DNA of 64,000 nucleotides from Escherichia coli (GTDB lineage Bacteria; Pseudomonadota; Gammaproteobacteria; Enterobacterales; Enterobacteriaceae): NCBI RefSeq assembly GCF_041886205.1, contig NZ_CP169029.1; one strand, 5' to 3'. Shown piece by piece: positions 53,675 to 64,000 of this stretch (position 1 is its first letter; each line of letters starts with the position of its first letter). The notes under the pieces were generated by a model. It saw only the letters and a program-made list of their open reading frames with translations, ran no database searches and was not told where the DNA came from. The position numbers and the translations under genes were made by a program.

Positions 53675-54607
53675 ATGTGGTCAGAATATTCACTCGAAGT
53701 TGTTGATGCGGTAGCGCGTAATGGTAGTTTTAGCGCTGCGGCACAGGAGCTGCATCGCGTTCCTTCTGCGGTCAGCTATACCGTGCGTCAGCTGGAAGAG
53801 TGGCTGGCGGTGCCGCTCTTTGAAAGACGGCACCGTGATGTGGAACTGACCGCTGCCGGGGCGTGGTTTCTCAAAGAAGGGCGCTCTGTTGTCAAAAAAA
53901 TGCAGATCACCCGCCAGCAATGTCAGCAGATAGCGAACGGCTGGCGCGGTCAGTTAGCTATCGCAGTGGATAATATTGTCAGGCCAGAACGTACACGGCA
54001 GATGATCGTTGATTTTTATCGCCATTTTGACGACGTCGAACTTCTGGTCTTTCAGGAAGTGTTTAACGGTGTCTGGGATGCGCTTTCCGATGGGCGCGTG
54101 GAACTGGCGATTGGCGCAACACGCGCGATTCCGGTAGGCGGTCGTTATGCCTTCCGGGATATGGGGATGCTAAGCTGGAGTTGCGTTGTTGCCAGCCACC
54201 ACCCGCTGGCGTTGATGGATGGCCCGTTCAGCGATGATACGTTGCGCAACTGGCCGTCGTTGGTGCGCGAAGACACCTCGCGAACGCTACCTAAACGTAT
54301 TACCTGGTTGCTGGATAACCAAAAAAGAGTTGTCGTGCCTGACTGGGAATCATCGGCAACCTGTATCTCGGCAGGATTATGCATAGGGATGGTGCCAACA
54401 CATTTCGCCAAACCGTGGCTTAATGAGGGGAAGTGGGTAGCACTTGAATTGGAGAACCCCTTCCCGGATTCGGCATGTTGTCTGACATGGCAGCAAAATG
54501 ATATGTCGCCTGCGTTAACCTGGCTGCTTGAGTATCTCGGCGATAGTGAGACGCTGAATAAGGAGTGGCTGCGGGAGCCGGAAGAGACTCCCGCAACGGG
54601 TGATTAA
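53675..54607 (+). CDS. ydhB: LysR-family transcriptional regulator YdhB (PunR)
   Basis: 310-aa ORF with N-terminal HTH ([23 protein letters not shown]). Confidence 0.85.
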
Positions 54608-55629
54608 CGACGATAGTCGCGGAACGGGCCGTCAGCCACGGAGCGGCGTTCAATCAAACGCGGATGCACTTCAATGGACTGCGGTTCTTCACGTTTGTTG
54701 ACGATACGATCCAACAGCATGTTGAACGCTGTTTCACCCAGCGAATCTTTTGGCTGATGGATCGTGGTCAGCGCCGGCGTAAAATAGCGCGCGTTGCGCA
54801 CGTTATCATAACCGATCAGCGAAACATCCTGCGGGACGCGCAGGCCCATTTCATCAGCAGCACAAAGTGCGCCCATTGCCATGATATCGCCACCACAGAA
54901 GACGGCAGTAGGGCGATGCGGCTGCGACAGGATTTGCTGCATGGCGCGATAACCAGATTCGGGTTCAAAGTCACCCTGCACAATCCAGCTTTCCGGCACC
55001 TTTATCATCGCTTCTTCCATCGCCTTCATAAAACCGGCAAGGCGGCCTGCGCCGGTGTTACGTTCCAGCGGGCCGGGGATGACGCCGATTTCGCGGTGGC
55101 CGCGTTCAATCAGATAACGCCCGGCCATGTAGCCGCCTTCGAACGCGTTATCAATGACCGCATCGGTGAAGTCAGCTTTTGCTTCACCCCAGTCCATGAC
55201 CACCATTGGGATATGGCGATACTCTTCCAGCATCGCCAGCAACGGCTCTGGGTACTCAGAACACATCACCAGCAGACCATCGACGCGTTTTTGCGCCATC
55301 ATCGACAGATAAGCCCGCTGTTTCTCAAGATTGTTCCACGCATTACCCAGAATCAGGGTGTAACCTTTCTGGAAGCAATTTTTTTCAACCGCTTCAATGA
55401 TCTCGGCAAAATAGGCCGCTTCGCTGCTGGTCGCCAGCAAACCGATAGACTTGGTGTGGTTAACCTTCAGGCTACGCGCCACCGCGCTAGGGGAGTAGTG
55501 TAATTCTTTAATCGCTGCCCACACGGCGTTGCGCGTTTCTTCAGCGACGAAACGTGTTTTGTTGATCACGTGTGACACAGTTGTAGTGGAAACGTTTGCT
55601 CGTTTCGCTACATCTTTTATTGTTGCCAT
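54604..55629 (-). CDS. purR: Purine repressor PurR (LacI family)
   Basis: 341-aa [58 protein letters not shown]... Confidence 0.95.
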
Positions 55630-55927
55630 TCCATTTCACTCCAGACCCTAACTTCAGCTCCTGCAAAATCGCAAGGTAAACGTTTGCCTTTACACACCTT
55701 ACGCACAACAAAAGTGTTGCGGTACGCCGGAAAAACGACACGGAGCGTCAGGAAGGGGTCAATGGCCAGTACGCAAATAGTGTAAGCGTGGAATTTTGGC
55801 CGATCTTGACGAAAAGGGGAAGTGGTAAAAACACTTATCATTATAAATGACGGGAGATTTTTTCATCACAGTGTGTAAAAATGCGTAATATCACTTTTTG
55901 TGTGGTAATAAAAAAGGAGAAAACTTG

Positions 55928-56017
55928 ATGAGCACCGACCTTAAATTTTCACTGGTAACAACGATTATCGTCCTCGGTTTGATCGTGGCCGTGGGTTTGA
56001 CTGCCGCGCTGCACTGA
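55928..56017 (+). CDS. ynhF: Small membrane protein YnhF (29 aa)
   Basis: MSTDLKFSLVTTIIVLGLIVAVGLTAALH preceded by a strong RBS (aaaaaggagaaaacttg ATG); below the ORF-track size cut-off. Confidence 0.55.
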   Translation: MSTDLKFSLVTTIIVLGLIVAVGLTAALH

Positions 56018-56182
56018 TTTCCTCTCGAGGGAGCGCGTTCTCCCTCGCATCTCCTTCCTGTTTGTTAGCAAAATGGCAAAAGTGTTTTCTCTTTTTGTTA
56101 TTTTCATTTTTTTGTGATTGCTGTCATGCTTTCGCCACTTTAATGAATATCGCGTAATGACGCGAAGAGGTGGAGATAAGGC

Positions 56183-57352
56183 ATGAAAATTAACTATCCG
56201 TTGCTGGCGCTGGCGATTGGCGCGTTTGGTATCGGGACAACGGAGTTCTCGCCAATGGGCTTATTGCCCGTCATTGCGCGCGGTGTGGATGTCTCGATTC
56301 CCGCTGCCGGAATGTTAATCAGTGCCTATGCAGTTGGCGTAATGGTGGGCGCGCCGCTGATGACGCTTCTACTTTCTCATCGTGCCCGCCGCAGTGCGTT
56401 GATTTTCCTGATGGCGATTTTCACGCTCGGCAACGTACTTTCCGCCATCGCGCCGGATTATATGACTCTCATGCTTTCACGCATTTTGACCAGCCTGAAT
56501 CACGGAGCATTTTTTGGTTTGGGTTCAGTTGTGGCCGCAAGCGTGGTGCCAAAACATAAACAGGCCAGCGCAGTTGCCACTATGTTTATGGGGTTAACCC
56601 TGGCAAATATCGGTGGCGTGCCGGCGGCGACCTGGTTGGGTGAAACCATCGGCTGGCGGATGTCATTTCTGGCAACGGCGGGGCTGGGCGTGATTTCAAT
56701 GGTAAGTCTGTTCTTCTCATTACCTAAAGGTGGTGCAGGGGCACGACCTGAAGTGAAAAAAGAGCTGGCGGTATTAATGCGTCCGCAGGTGCTGTCTGCA
56801 TTGCTGACGACGGTACTGGGAGCTGGTGCAATGTTTACCCTCTACACCTATATCTCTCCGGTACTGCAAAGTATTGCCCACGCAACACCGGTGTTCGTCA
56901 CGGCAATGCTGGTGCTGATTGGTGTCGGATTCTCTATCGGTAACTATCTCGGCGGCAAACTGGCAGATCGTTCAGTTAACGGCACGTTGAAAGGCTTTTT
57001 GTTGTTGTTGATGGTGATTATGCTGGCAATCCCGTTCCTGGCCCGCAATGAGTTCGGCGCAGCTATTAGCATGGTGGTGTGGGGCGCAGCAACCTTTGCG
57101 GTCGTACCGCCGTTACAGATGCGCGTGATGCGTGTCGCCAGTGAAGCGCCAGGTCTGTCTTCATCAGTCAATATTGGTGCCTTTAATCTTGGAAATGCGC
57201 TGGGAGCAGCGGCTGGTGGTGCGGTAATTTCCGCTGGGCTGGGATACAGCTTTGTGCCGGTGATGGGGGCGATTGTCGCGGGACTGGCATTATTGCTGGT
57301 GTTTATGTCAGCCAGAAAACAACCTGAAACAGTTTGCGTTGCTAACAGCTAA
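56183..57352 (+). CDS. ydhP: MFS transporter YdhP
   Basis: 389-aa polytopic ORF. Confidence 0.85.
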   Translation: MKINYPLLALAIGAFGIGTTEFSPMGLLPVIARGVDVSIPAAGMLISAYAVGVMVGAPLMTLLLSHRARRSALIFLMAIFTLGNVLSAIAPDYMTLMLSRILTSLNHGAFFGLGSVVAASVVPKHKQASAVATMFMGLTLANIGGVPAATWLGETIGWRMSFLATAGLGVISMVSLFFSLPKGGAGARPEVKKELAVLMRPQVLSALLTTVLGAGAMFTLYTYISPVLQSIAHATPVFVTAMLVLIGVGFSIGNYLGGKLADRSVNGTLKGFLLLLMVIMLAIPFLARNEFGAAISMVVWGAATFAVVPPLQMRVMRVASEAPGLSSSVNIGAFNLGNALGAAAGGAVISAGLGYSFVPVMGAIVAGLALLLVFMSARKQPETVCVANS

Positions 57353-57497
57353 TTAAACAAAAACGCAGAAGGATAACCTTCTGCGTTACAGTTGCTGACA
57401 ACGTGCGATTTATCTTGCCGAATGCGCTGTTAACGCCTCATCCGCGTTGGCATGGTAAGCGAAGCGCATTAGGCAATACTGCATTTGCCATCAGTTA

Positions 57498-58079
57498 TTA
57501 TGCAGCGAGATTTTTCGCTACGAATTCCCAGTTCACCAGCGCCCAGAAGTGCTCCAGATAGCCAGGACGTGCATTGCGATAGTCGATGTAATAAGCGTGT
57601 TCCCAGACATCAACGGTCAGCAGCGGAGTCGCATCGGTGGTCAGCGGAGTACCCGCGTTAGAGGTTGAAACGATAGCCAGTTTGCCATCGCTGTTTTTCA
57701 CCAGCCAGGTCCAGCCAGAACCAAAGTTTTTGATCGCTGCATCAGTAAACTGCGCTTTGAAATCGGCAAAGCTGCCAAAAGATACGGCGATAGCTTCAGC
57801 GACTTTTCCAGTCGGTTCGCCACCGGCGTTCGGTGCCAGGCAGTTCCAGTAGAAAGTATGGTTCCAGACCTGAGCTGCGTTGTTGAATACGCCACCTTCA
57901 GAGCTGCGAATAATCTCTTCCAGTGATTTACCTTCAAACGCGGTACCTTTAATCAGGTTGTTCAGGTTAGTGACATAAGTCTGATGGTGCTTGCCGTAGT
58001 GATACTCGATGGTTTCCGCAGAAATGTGCGGTGCCAGAGCATCTTTAGCATATGGTAGTGCAGGTAATTCGAATGACAT
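57498..58079 (-). CDS. sodB: Fe-superoxide dismutase
   Basis: 193-aa [44 protein letters not shown]... Confidence 0.97.
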   Translation of the reverse strand: MSFELPALPYAKDALAPHISAETIEYHYGKHHQTYVTNLNNLIKGTAFEGKSLEEIIRSSEGGVFNNAAQVWNHTFYWNCLAPNAGGEPTGKVAEAIAVSFGSFADFKAQFTDAAIKNFGSGWTWLVKNSDGKLAIVSTSNAGTPLTTDATPLLTVDVWEHAYYIDYRNARPGYLEHFWALVNWEFVAKNLAA

Positions 58080-58206
58080 TGCTACTCTCCTTTATTATTA
58101 ATTTGCATACGTACAATAGCCTTATTGTGCGTATGGATAGGGTAGCAAATTAAAAGGTGAGACAAAAGATGAACTTACCCTGTTGCCGTAACAACAGGGT
58201 AAAGTT

Positions 58207-59022
58207 TTAGCGAAGTGTTTTTGGGGTCATTACCCGACGAGCGCCAACATAGTGGCGCTGCCAGTAGTCTTCACTGAGAGAAGTGATTTGAATTTCCTGA
58301 CCTGTGCGCGGTGACTGAATAAATTTGCCGTTGCCGACATACACGCCGACATGATCGGCTGTGCCGCGTCCCTGAGTACGGAAAAAGACCAGGTCGCCGT
58401 TTTTCAGTTCACTACGTTCGATTGGCGCTGCATCACGCAGGTGATACATTTCATTCGCCGTACGCGGAATACGAATTTTCACCAAATCTTTATAAGCGTA
58501 ATAAACCAGGCCGCTGCAATCAAAACCGGTACGCGGTGAGCTGCCACCCCAACGATATGGCTTACCAATTTGCTGCATCAGTTTATTCATTGCCACTTTC
58601 GTAGCTTTTTGCACCTTCGCTTTGTGCGCGTCGGCAAGAGTTCCTGACGCGGCATTTTTGACTTTCACACAATGCGATTTATAGCCCTTACGTTTGGTAC
58701 ACTTTTCGGTAAAGCTGGCTGAGGCCGTTTTATTGACGGCGTGTTTGCTGCGAGTTTTGGCGTTTTTAGAAGCGGTAATGGAAGATTTTTTAACGGAAGA
58801 AGCGGTTTTGCTTTTGGTCGTACTTTTACTGGCGGCTTTTTTCGCTGTTTTCTGGGTCTTTTTGGTGGTTGCCGTGCTTTTCTTTTTATCTGCTTTTTTG
58901 GTGATATGAGTGGTAGCAGAACTCTCCCTGGCTTGCTTTGAAGCATGGGCCATAGGCGTTAAAGGCAGGGTGGTAAAAAGTAAAGCACAGAGCGTGATCG
59001 AAATACGGTTTATCCGCGCCAC
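58207..59022 (-). CDS. mepH: NlpC/P60 peptidoglycan endopeptidase MepH (YdhO)
   Basis: 271-aa ORF, signal peptide, Lys/Thr/Ser-rich low-complexity linker, C-terminal NlpC/P60 domain (GFDCSGLVYYAY). Confidence 0.9.
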   Translation of the reverse strand: MARINRISITLCALLFTTLPLTPMAHASKQARESSATTHITKKADKKKSTATTKKTQKTAKKAASKSTTKSKTASSVKKSSITASKNAKTRSKHAVNKTASASFTEKCTKRKGYKSHCVKVKNAASGTLADAHKAKVQKATKVAMNKLMQQIGKPYRWGGSSPRTGFDCSGLVYYAYKDLVKIRIPRTANEMYHLRDAAPIERSELKNGDLVFFRTQGRGTADHVGVYVGNGKFIQSPRTGQEIQITSLSEDYWQRHYVGARRVMTPKTLR

Positions 59023-59355
59023 TGAGCGTCCCTCTGTTAAGGCAGGTCTATCATGCCTGCGTCTGATTTACAAAACTTGATGATTCTAATGCATAGAAGA
59101 AGAGAAAGTTAATAGCTTTTATTGTTAAAAAATACGTTTCGTTGGCGAGCGCAAAAAAATGCAGCAGTGAAAGCTAAAAATGGTTATAAATACGCCAGTT
59201 TGCCGGCATCAGAGAAGAAACGAATATTTGAAATGCAACAAATAGAGCAAAGGGATAAAATAGCAAAAGCGTGATGAAAATGTTATTTTCCGATGCCGCA
59301 CTGACCCGCTACAATGTCAGATTACTGCCGTAAAGAAGTTTGAGGAAGCAAGACA

Positions 59356-59703
59356 ATGAGCACCACTATCGAAAAAATCCAACGCCAGATTGCTGAAAAC
59401 CCGATCCTGCTGTACATGAAAGGTTCACCGAAACTGCCGAGCTGCGGTTTCTCTGCCCAGGCAGTCCAGGCGCTTGCCGCATGTGGCGAACGTTTTGCCT
59501 ATGTTGATATTCTGCAGAATCCGGACATTCGTGCGGAACTGCCGAAATATGCTAACTGGCCGACCTTCCCGCAACTGTGGGTTGACGGCGAGCTGGTAGG
59601 CGGTTGTGATATCGTGATCGAAATGTATCAGCGTGGCGAATTGCAGCAGCTGATCAAAGAAACTGCCGCTAAATACAAGTCTGAAGAGCCGGACGCGGAA
59701 TAA
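59356..59703 (+). CDS. grxD: Monothiol glutaredoxin Grx4
   Basis: 115-aa ORF with CGFS active site (KLPSCGFSAQ). Confidence 0.95.
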   Translation: MSTTIEKIQRQIAENPILLYMKGSPKLPSCGFSAQAVQALAACGERFAYVDILQNPDIRAELPKYANWPTFPQLWVDGELVGGCDIVIEMYQRGELQQLIKETAAKYKSEEPDAE

Positions 59704-59717
59704 TCCGTCTCGCAATA

Positions 59718-59752
59718 CTGACGGATGCGAACGGGCATCCGTCAGTCCTTTC
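59718..59752. terminator. Hairpin terminator between convergent grxD and lhr
   Basis: ctgacggatgc-gaacgg-gcatccgtcag followed by a T-rich tract. Confidence 0.5.
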
Positions 59753-59753
59753 T

Positions 59754-62700
59754 CTATCCCCAATCTAGCCCTTGTGGCGAACTTGAAAATCCCGCCTCAC
59801 GCAGCAACGTAAACATCGGCGTTTGCCGGACCGGTAGATCATTCACTTCTGTTAGCGTAAAGCGCAGCCGTGGTTCGCGACGCAGTGCGGTAGTCAGCGC
59901 GTGGAAAATCTCTGGGGCGAGTAATTCCTCTTTTTCCTGCCAGACCAGCATTTTTTTGCCGCCTTGCGCCAGATAGAGTAACAATTTGCCGCCAGAAACG
60001 ACCACCAGCGCACCCGCCCGACGCGTTGGAACCAGCGTTGCCGGATGTGCAGGCCAGGGCAGAAGATTTCCCCACACATTAGCCGGATCGTTGGCGGAGA
60101 GCGCCACTGGTGTATAGTGGCGCGTTTGCGCGGTTTGTGTCGCCAGGTCACGCAATCGATCAATAGTCAGACGTTCAGCGAATTGCGCGCCACCCAGACC
60201 TTCTACAAAACGACCTCGCATAATTCGCCCGGAGTCTTCCATACTTCGACAAAGCGTTTGCATCGATGGAAACCCGCCAGGGATATTTTCGGCTATCACC
60301 GCCTGACGACTGATGATGCCGTAGCGGTCGAGCATATTTTCCGCCAGCGCCAGCATCCTTTCGGTATCGTTTAGTGGCTCCACCTGCAATAACGACCAGC
60401 GTCCAGCCAGATTTGGTGTGTTGTAAGATACCCGCGGCGAGACGGGTTGCGCATAGACAGGACGTCCACGACGAGCCCGGTGACTGCGGCGAGTTGAGGT
60501 GCGTGCGTTGGAACTGCTGCGGGTGAGGGCGCGTAACGGTGCCCAAATGTCGCTGGTGATGACGCCTTGCCAGACCAGCGCCCATAACGCCTCTTGCAGG
60601 GCAGAGAGATCAACCGATTCGCCGATTTTGTCGCGTATCCGTTGGCTGATTTGTTGTGCAAACCAGGCTCCTCCGTCAGCCAGAACAGCGACTATCGCTT
60701 GTTGCAGCGCCGAACGATTCGCCTGATCCGCTTCGGCGGGAGTGAACGATTCTGCAGCATATTCCTGTAGATGCAGTGCCACCAGGCCGTCATCTTCACC
60801 CAGTTTTTTTTGCCCCGACCAGATAACCGCACCGGTTGCCAGTAATTCATCGAGCATTTCTGACGAATAGTCGCGTACGCGGGCAGGCAGGATCTGGCTT
60901 TCCCAGAGTGAGGCGGGTAAACCGACTCCGGCAAGCTGTTCGATCACCCGCATCACGCCATCTACGCCCTCATAAACGCCTGGCGATGTTGAGGCAAAGA
61001 GCGCCGGGCTACCATCGGTGGCGGGTAATACGCCCTGACGTTCCAGCAGCAATCGCGCATAGGTCGTGGCTGCAACGGGACGCGTCGCTTCTCTGGCAGC
61101 TTGCAGCGAGCGCAAACGCAGACGACGAAATACTTCATCGCTCACCCAGATGTCTTGTTGCAGATTCATCACCAGACCCTGTTCACGCAGTTGCTGAAGC
61201 TGCTCTTCGACAATGGCAATACCGAGACTAAACTCATGAGCCAGTTGTTCAGCCGTGACCAGAGCATGAGCCCGGAGATAGCGCAGAAAGAGGTCGCGAA
61301 GCGGGTAACTGACTCTATGTAAATAAATCTCTGGCAATGACTCTGGTAGTCGTACGCCGAGGGCATCACGCAGCCTGGCGGCATCATCCATACAGGCAAG
61401 ACGCTCCTGTCCGCTAATCATCGCCGGGAAGATTCGTTTTACTGCAAGAAGATTTTCCAGATACGACGCAACCTCTTCACTGCTGCCTGTATGCCGTTGC
61501 GCCAGGTCTTCAACGGTCATTGGCCCCAGTTCGCGCAGCAGGTCGAACAATCCTTCTTCACCTTTCGCTCTTCTGCCAGGAGCCAGTCGTTGCAACTCTT
61601 CTTCCACCTGGCGAATGACCTGCGGGTCGAGTAATTCCCCCGGATCGACCTGTCCGAGTAGATTGCGCAGTAACTCGCTGTCCAGCGACAGTACGGATGC
61701 CCGGCGCTCTGCCAGCGGGGCGTCGCTCTGGTACATAAATTCCGCGACATAGCCGAACAATAAACTGGTGGCGAAAGGCGAGGGCGTAGTAGTCGTTACA
61801 TCGGATATTTGAATTTCGCCACCGTTCAGGCGAAGCATCAAACGTTCCAGTGCGGGAAGATCATAAACATCTTGCAGACATTCGCGTAGGGTTTCGAGAA
61901 TGACCGGAAAATCCGGATATCCCTGAGCGATTTCCAGCAACTGACTGGCGCGCAGCCGTTGTTGCCAAAGCGGGGTGCGATGGCCCGGCGTGCGGCCCGG
62001 CATTAATAATGCCCGCGCGGCGCATTCGCGAAAACGGGCGGCGAAAAGTGCCGAACTGCCTACCGCCTCGCGGACAATTTGCAGCAACTTTTCTGGTTCA
62101 AACAAAAAAATCGCGGCATCGGGCAATTTACCATCGGTGTCAGGAATACGTGCAACAATGCCGTCATCACTGGCGACCACCGACGCGTCAGCGCCCCATA
62201 GGGCATGTATTCGCCCGGCAATCGCCAGCGCCCAGGGTTCATGCACCCGTCTTCCATAGGGAGAGTGCAAAATAATACGCCAGTCACCAATTTCATCACG
62301 GCACCGTTCGAGGACCAGATGGCGACTCCCCGGAACGATGCCCGTCGCGTTGCGCTGCTCCTCAATCAACCCCTGAATATTGGCGATCGTATTTTCTTCT
62401 GCCAGCCACGGGGGAATAGTCCCGGAAAAGAACGCGCCATCCGCCAGCAAATGAAGAAAATCGCCGATCATCTCGCCTAATTCAGCCGGACGTCCGTTAC
62501 CTTCACCACGCCAGAAGGGGAGCCGGGCAGAACGACCCGGAGCAGGAGTCACAATCACCTGATCGCGGGTGATTTGCTGGATCCGCCATGAGGTAGCGCC
62601 GAGAGTGATAATGTCGTTCACCCGCGACTCATATACCATCTCCTCATCCAGTTCACCCACCCGCCGCGAACCGGCCTTTTCTTCACCTTCGGGTAATAAC

Positions 62701-64000
62701 ACGCTATACATGCCACGATCCGGAATGGTGCCGCCGCTGGTAACCGCCAACAATTGAGCGCCAGGTCGGGCGGTCAATATCCCGGTCTCCCTGTTCCAGA
62801 CCAGTTTGGGGCGAAAAGCAGAAAAATCGCCAGAGGGATAGCGCCCGGAAAGCATATCCAGCGTGGCGTCAAAAACACGTCTTGGCAGATCTTTCCACGG
62901 TGCGGCACGGCGTACGCGGGAGTACCATTCGTCTACCTGTAATGCATCCATCGCCGCGGCGGCAACGGTTTGCTGCGCAAGGACGTCGAGAGGATTATGC
63001 GGTGGTGTCAGGTTTTCCAGCCTGCCTGCGAACATACACTCTACAATGACTGTGGAATCGACTAAATCACGCCGGGTACGGGGGAAAAACAGCCCTTTAG
63101 ATACACCGCCAACCTGATGTCCGGCGCGACCAATGCGTTGTAACCCACTGGCAACAGAAAGCGGCGTTGCCACCTGAATCACCAGATCCACCGCGCCCAT
63201 ATCAATCCCCAGTTCAAGACTGGAGGTTGCGACCACGCAGCGTAATTCACCCGATTTCAGCGCCTGTTCGGTGATTGCTCGTTGTTCTTTAGAGACGGAG
63301 CCGTGGTGTGAGCGGGCAATAAAAACGTCGCTACTTTGTACACGGTTAGAGGTTGCGCCGGAGGTCGACTCGAAATGGGCCGCATCAACGGCGATAGACG
63401 GGGAACGCTGTAAGCGTGCGGCGTAAAGCTCATTTAATCGTGCCGTCAGTTTTTCCGCCAGCCCCCGCGAATTAGTAAAGACAATGGTCGAGCGATGGCG
63501 CAACACTTCATCAAGGATGCCCGTTTCAATATATGGCCAGATGGAGCCTTCCCGGCCGGCATGGCTGTCTTCGCCAGTGCCGCTGGCGACCGATGAGACA
63601 TCATCCATATTGGCGACCGGTACGACAATCCGTATCTGCGGATGACGCATTGCGGGCGGGTTGACTACCGTAACCGGGCGATCGCCACCAAGAAATGCTG
63701 CCACATCGCTGGCTGAGCGCACAGTGGCAGAAAGGCCAATTCGCTGTGCTGAGGTGTGGAGCAGCGCATCGAGCCGCTCCAGACTTAACGCCAGATGCGC
63801 ACCACGTTTACTGCCCGCTACCGCGTGGACTTCATCAATAATTACCGTTTCGACGCCGCGTAGCGTTTCGCGCGCGCGGGAGGTCAGCATCAGATAGAGT
63901 GATTCGGGTGTGGTGATCAGAATATCCGGCGGATTACGGGTGAGTTTGCTGCGTTCCTGTGCAGGCGTATCGCCAGTACGGATCCCTACGCGAAGATTGA
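59754..64000 (-). CDS. lhr: Large ATP-dependent helicase Lhr, C-terminal ~1415 codons; N-terminus beyond window end
   Basis: ORF 59754..63890 (1378 aa) matches Lhr and the frame continues upstream to the window edge; DEAH motif (VIIDEVHAV). Confidence 0.93.
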   Translation of the reverse strand, partial: NLRVGIRTGDTPAQERSKLTRNPPDILITTPESLYLMLTSRARETLRGVETVIIDEVHAVAGSKRGAHLALSLERLDALLHTSAQRIGLSATVRSASDVAAFLGGDRPVTVVNPPAMRHPQIRIVVPVANMDDVSSVASGTGEDSHAGREGSIWPYIETGILDEVLRHRSTIVFTNSRGLAEKLTARLNELYAARLQRSPSIAVDAAHFESTSGATSNRVQSSDVFIARSHHGSVSKEQRAITEQALKSGELRCVVATSSLELGIDMGAVDLVIQVATPLSVASGLQRIGRAGHQVGGVSKGLFFPRTRRDLVDSTVIVECMFAGRLENLTPPHNPLDVLAQQTVAAAAMDALQVDEWYSRVRRAAPWKDLPRRVFDATLDMLSGRYPSGDFSAFRPKLVWNRETGILTARPGAQLLAVTSGGTIPDRGMYSVLLPEGEEKAGSRRVGELDEEMVYESRVNDIITLGATSWRIQQITRDQVIVTPAPGRSARLPFWRGEGNGRPAELGEMIGDFLHLLADGAFFSGTIPPWLAEENTIANIQGLIEEQRNATGIVPGSRHLVLERCRDEIGDWRIILHSPYGRRVHEPWALAIAGRIHALWGADASVVASDDGIVARIPDTDGKLPDAAIFLFEPEKLLQIVREAVGSSALFAARFRECAARALLMPGRTPGHRTPLWQQRLRASQLLEIAQGYPDFPVILETLRECLQDVYDLPALERLMLRLNGGEIQISDVTTTTPSPFATSLLFGYVAEFMYQSDAPLAERRASVLSLDSELLRNLLGQVDPGELLDPQVIRQVEEELQRLAPGRRAKGEEGLFDLLRELGPMTVEDLAQRHTGSSEEVASYLENLLAVKRIFPAMISGQERLACMDDAARLRDALGVRLPESLPEIYLHRVSYPLRDLFLRYLRAHALVTAEQLAHEFSLGIAIVEEQLQQLREQGLVMNLQQDIWVSDEVFRRLRLRSLQAAREATRPVAATTYARLLLERQGVLPATDGSPALFASTSPGVYEGVDGVMRVIEQLAGVGLPASLWESQILPARVRDYSSEMLDELLATGAVIWSGQKKLGEDDGLVALHLQEYAAESFTPAEADQANRSALQQAIVAVLADGGAWFAQQISQRIRDKIGESVDLSALQEALWALVWQGVITSDIWAPLRALTRSSSNARTSTRRSHRARRGRPVYAQPVSPRVSYNTPNLAGRWSLLQVEPLNDTERMLALAENMLDRYGIISRQAVIAENIPGGFPSMQTLCRSMEDSGRIMRGRFVEGLGGAQFAERLTIDRLRDLATQTAQTRHYTPVALSANDPANVWGNLLPWPAHPATLVPTRRAGALVVVSGGKLLLYLAQGGKKMLVWQEKEELLAPEIFHALTTALRREPRLRFTLTEVNDLPVRQTPMFTLLREAGFSSSPQGLDWG

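Noticed and set aside
54664-55503. 279-aa ORF on the + strand
   Set aside because: Antisense to purR, which is an unambiguous full-length LacI-family match.
58665-58946. Lys/Pro-rich 93-aa ORF and two overlapping + strand ORFs (58694..58909, 58741..58941)
   Set aside because: Alternative frames through the low-complexity Lys/Thr/Ser linker of mepH; the mepH frame has the signal peptide and NlpC/P60 domain.

Overview
This window is a conserved Escherichia coli / Shigella core-chromosome segment, collinear (in reverse orientation) with the K-12 region from pfkB to lhr, and I find no evidence of a novel or undescribed biological system in it. Gene content runs pfkB', ydiY, yniD, arpB, thrS-infC-rpmI-rplT, pheM-pheS-pheT-ihfA, btuC-btuE-btuD, nlpC, then aroD-ydiB-ydiN-ydiM-ydiL, rprA, ydiK, ydiJ-menI-ydiH, sufABCDSE, ldtE, lpp, pykF, fumD(ydhZ), ydhYVWXUT, ydhS, ydhR, two tRNA-Val, ydhQ, mdtK, ribC, cfa, ydhC, ydhB, purR, ynhF, ydhP, sodB, mepH, grxD and lhr'. 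Almost all ORFs are full length and recognisable by protein sequence. What distinguishes the window is three insertion sequences: (1) an IS1 inside the 5' end of arpB with a perfect 9-bp target duplication; (2) a second IS1, inverted relative to the first, sitting at a deletion junction that fuses the first 19 codons of ydiV to the first 21 codons of ydiF, so the genes that lie between them in K-12 (by my recollection selO, hemP, aroH, ppsR, ppsA, fadK, ydiQRST, ydiP, ydiO) are absent; (3) an IS629-type IS3-family element (1310 bp, 3-bp duplication) splitting ydhR. The IS1 plus IS629 content suggests a Shigella or other IS-rich E. coli lineage, but that is inference. The least characterised loci are the FNR-box-preceded ydhYVWXUT oxidoreductase cluster, the 9-residue repeat protein YdhT, and ydiJ/ydiK/ydiL/ydiM/ydiN. 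All coordinates come from reading the sequence and ORF track; no database search was run.
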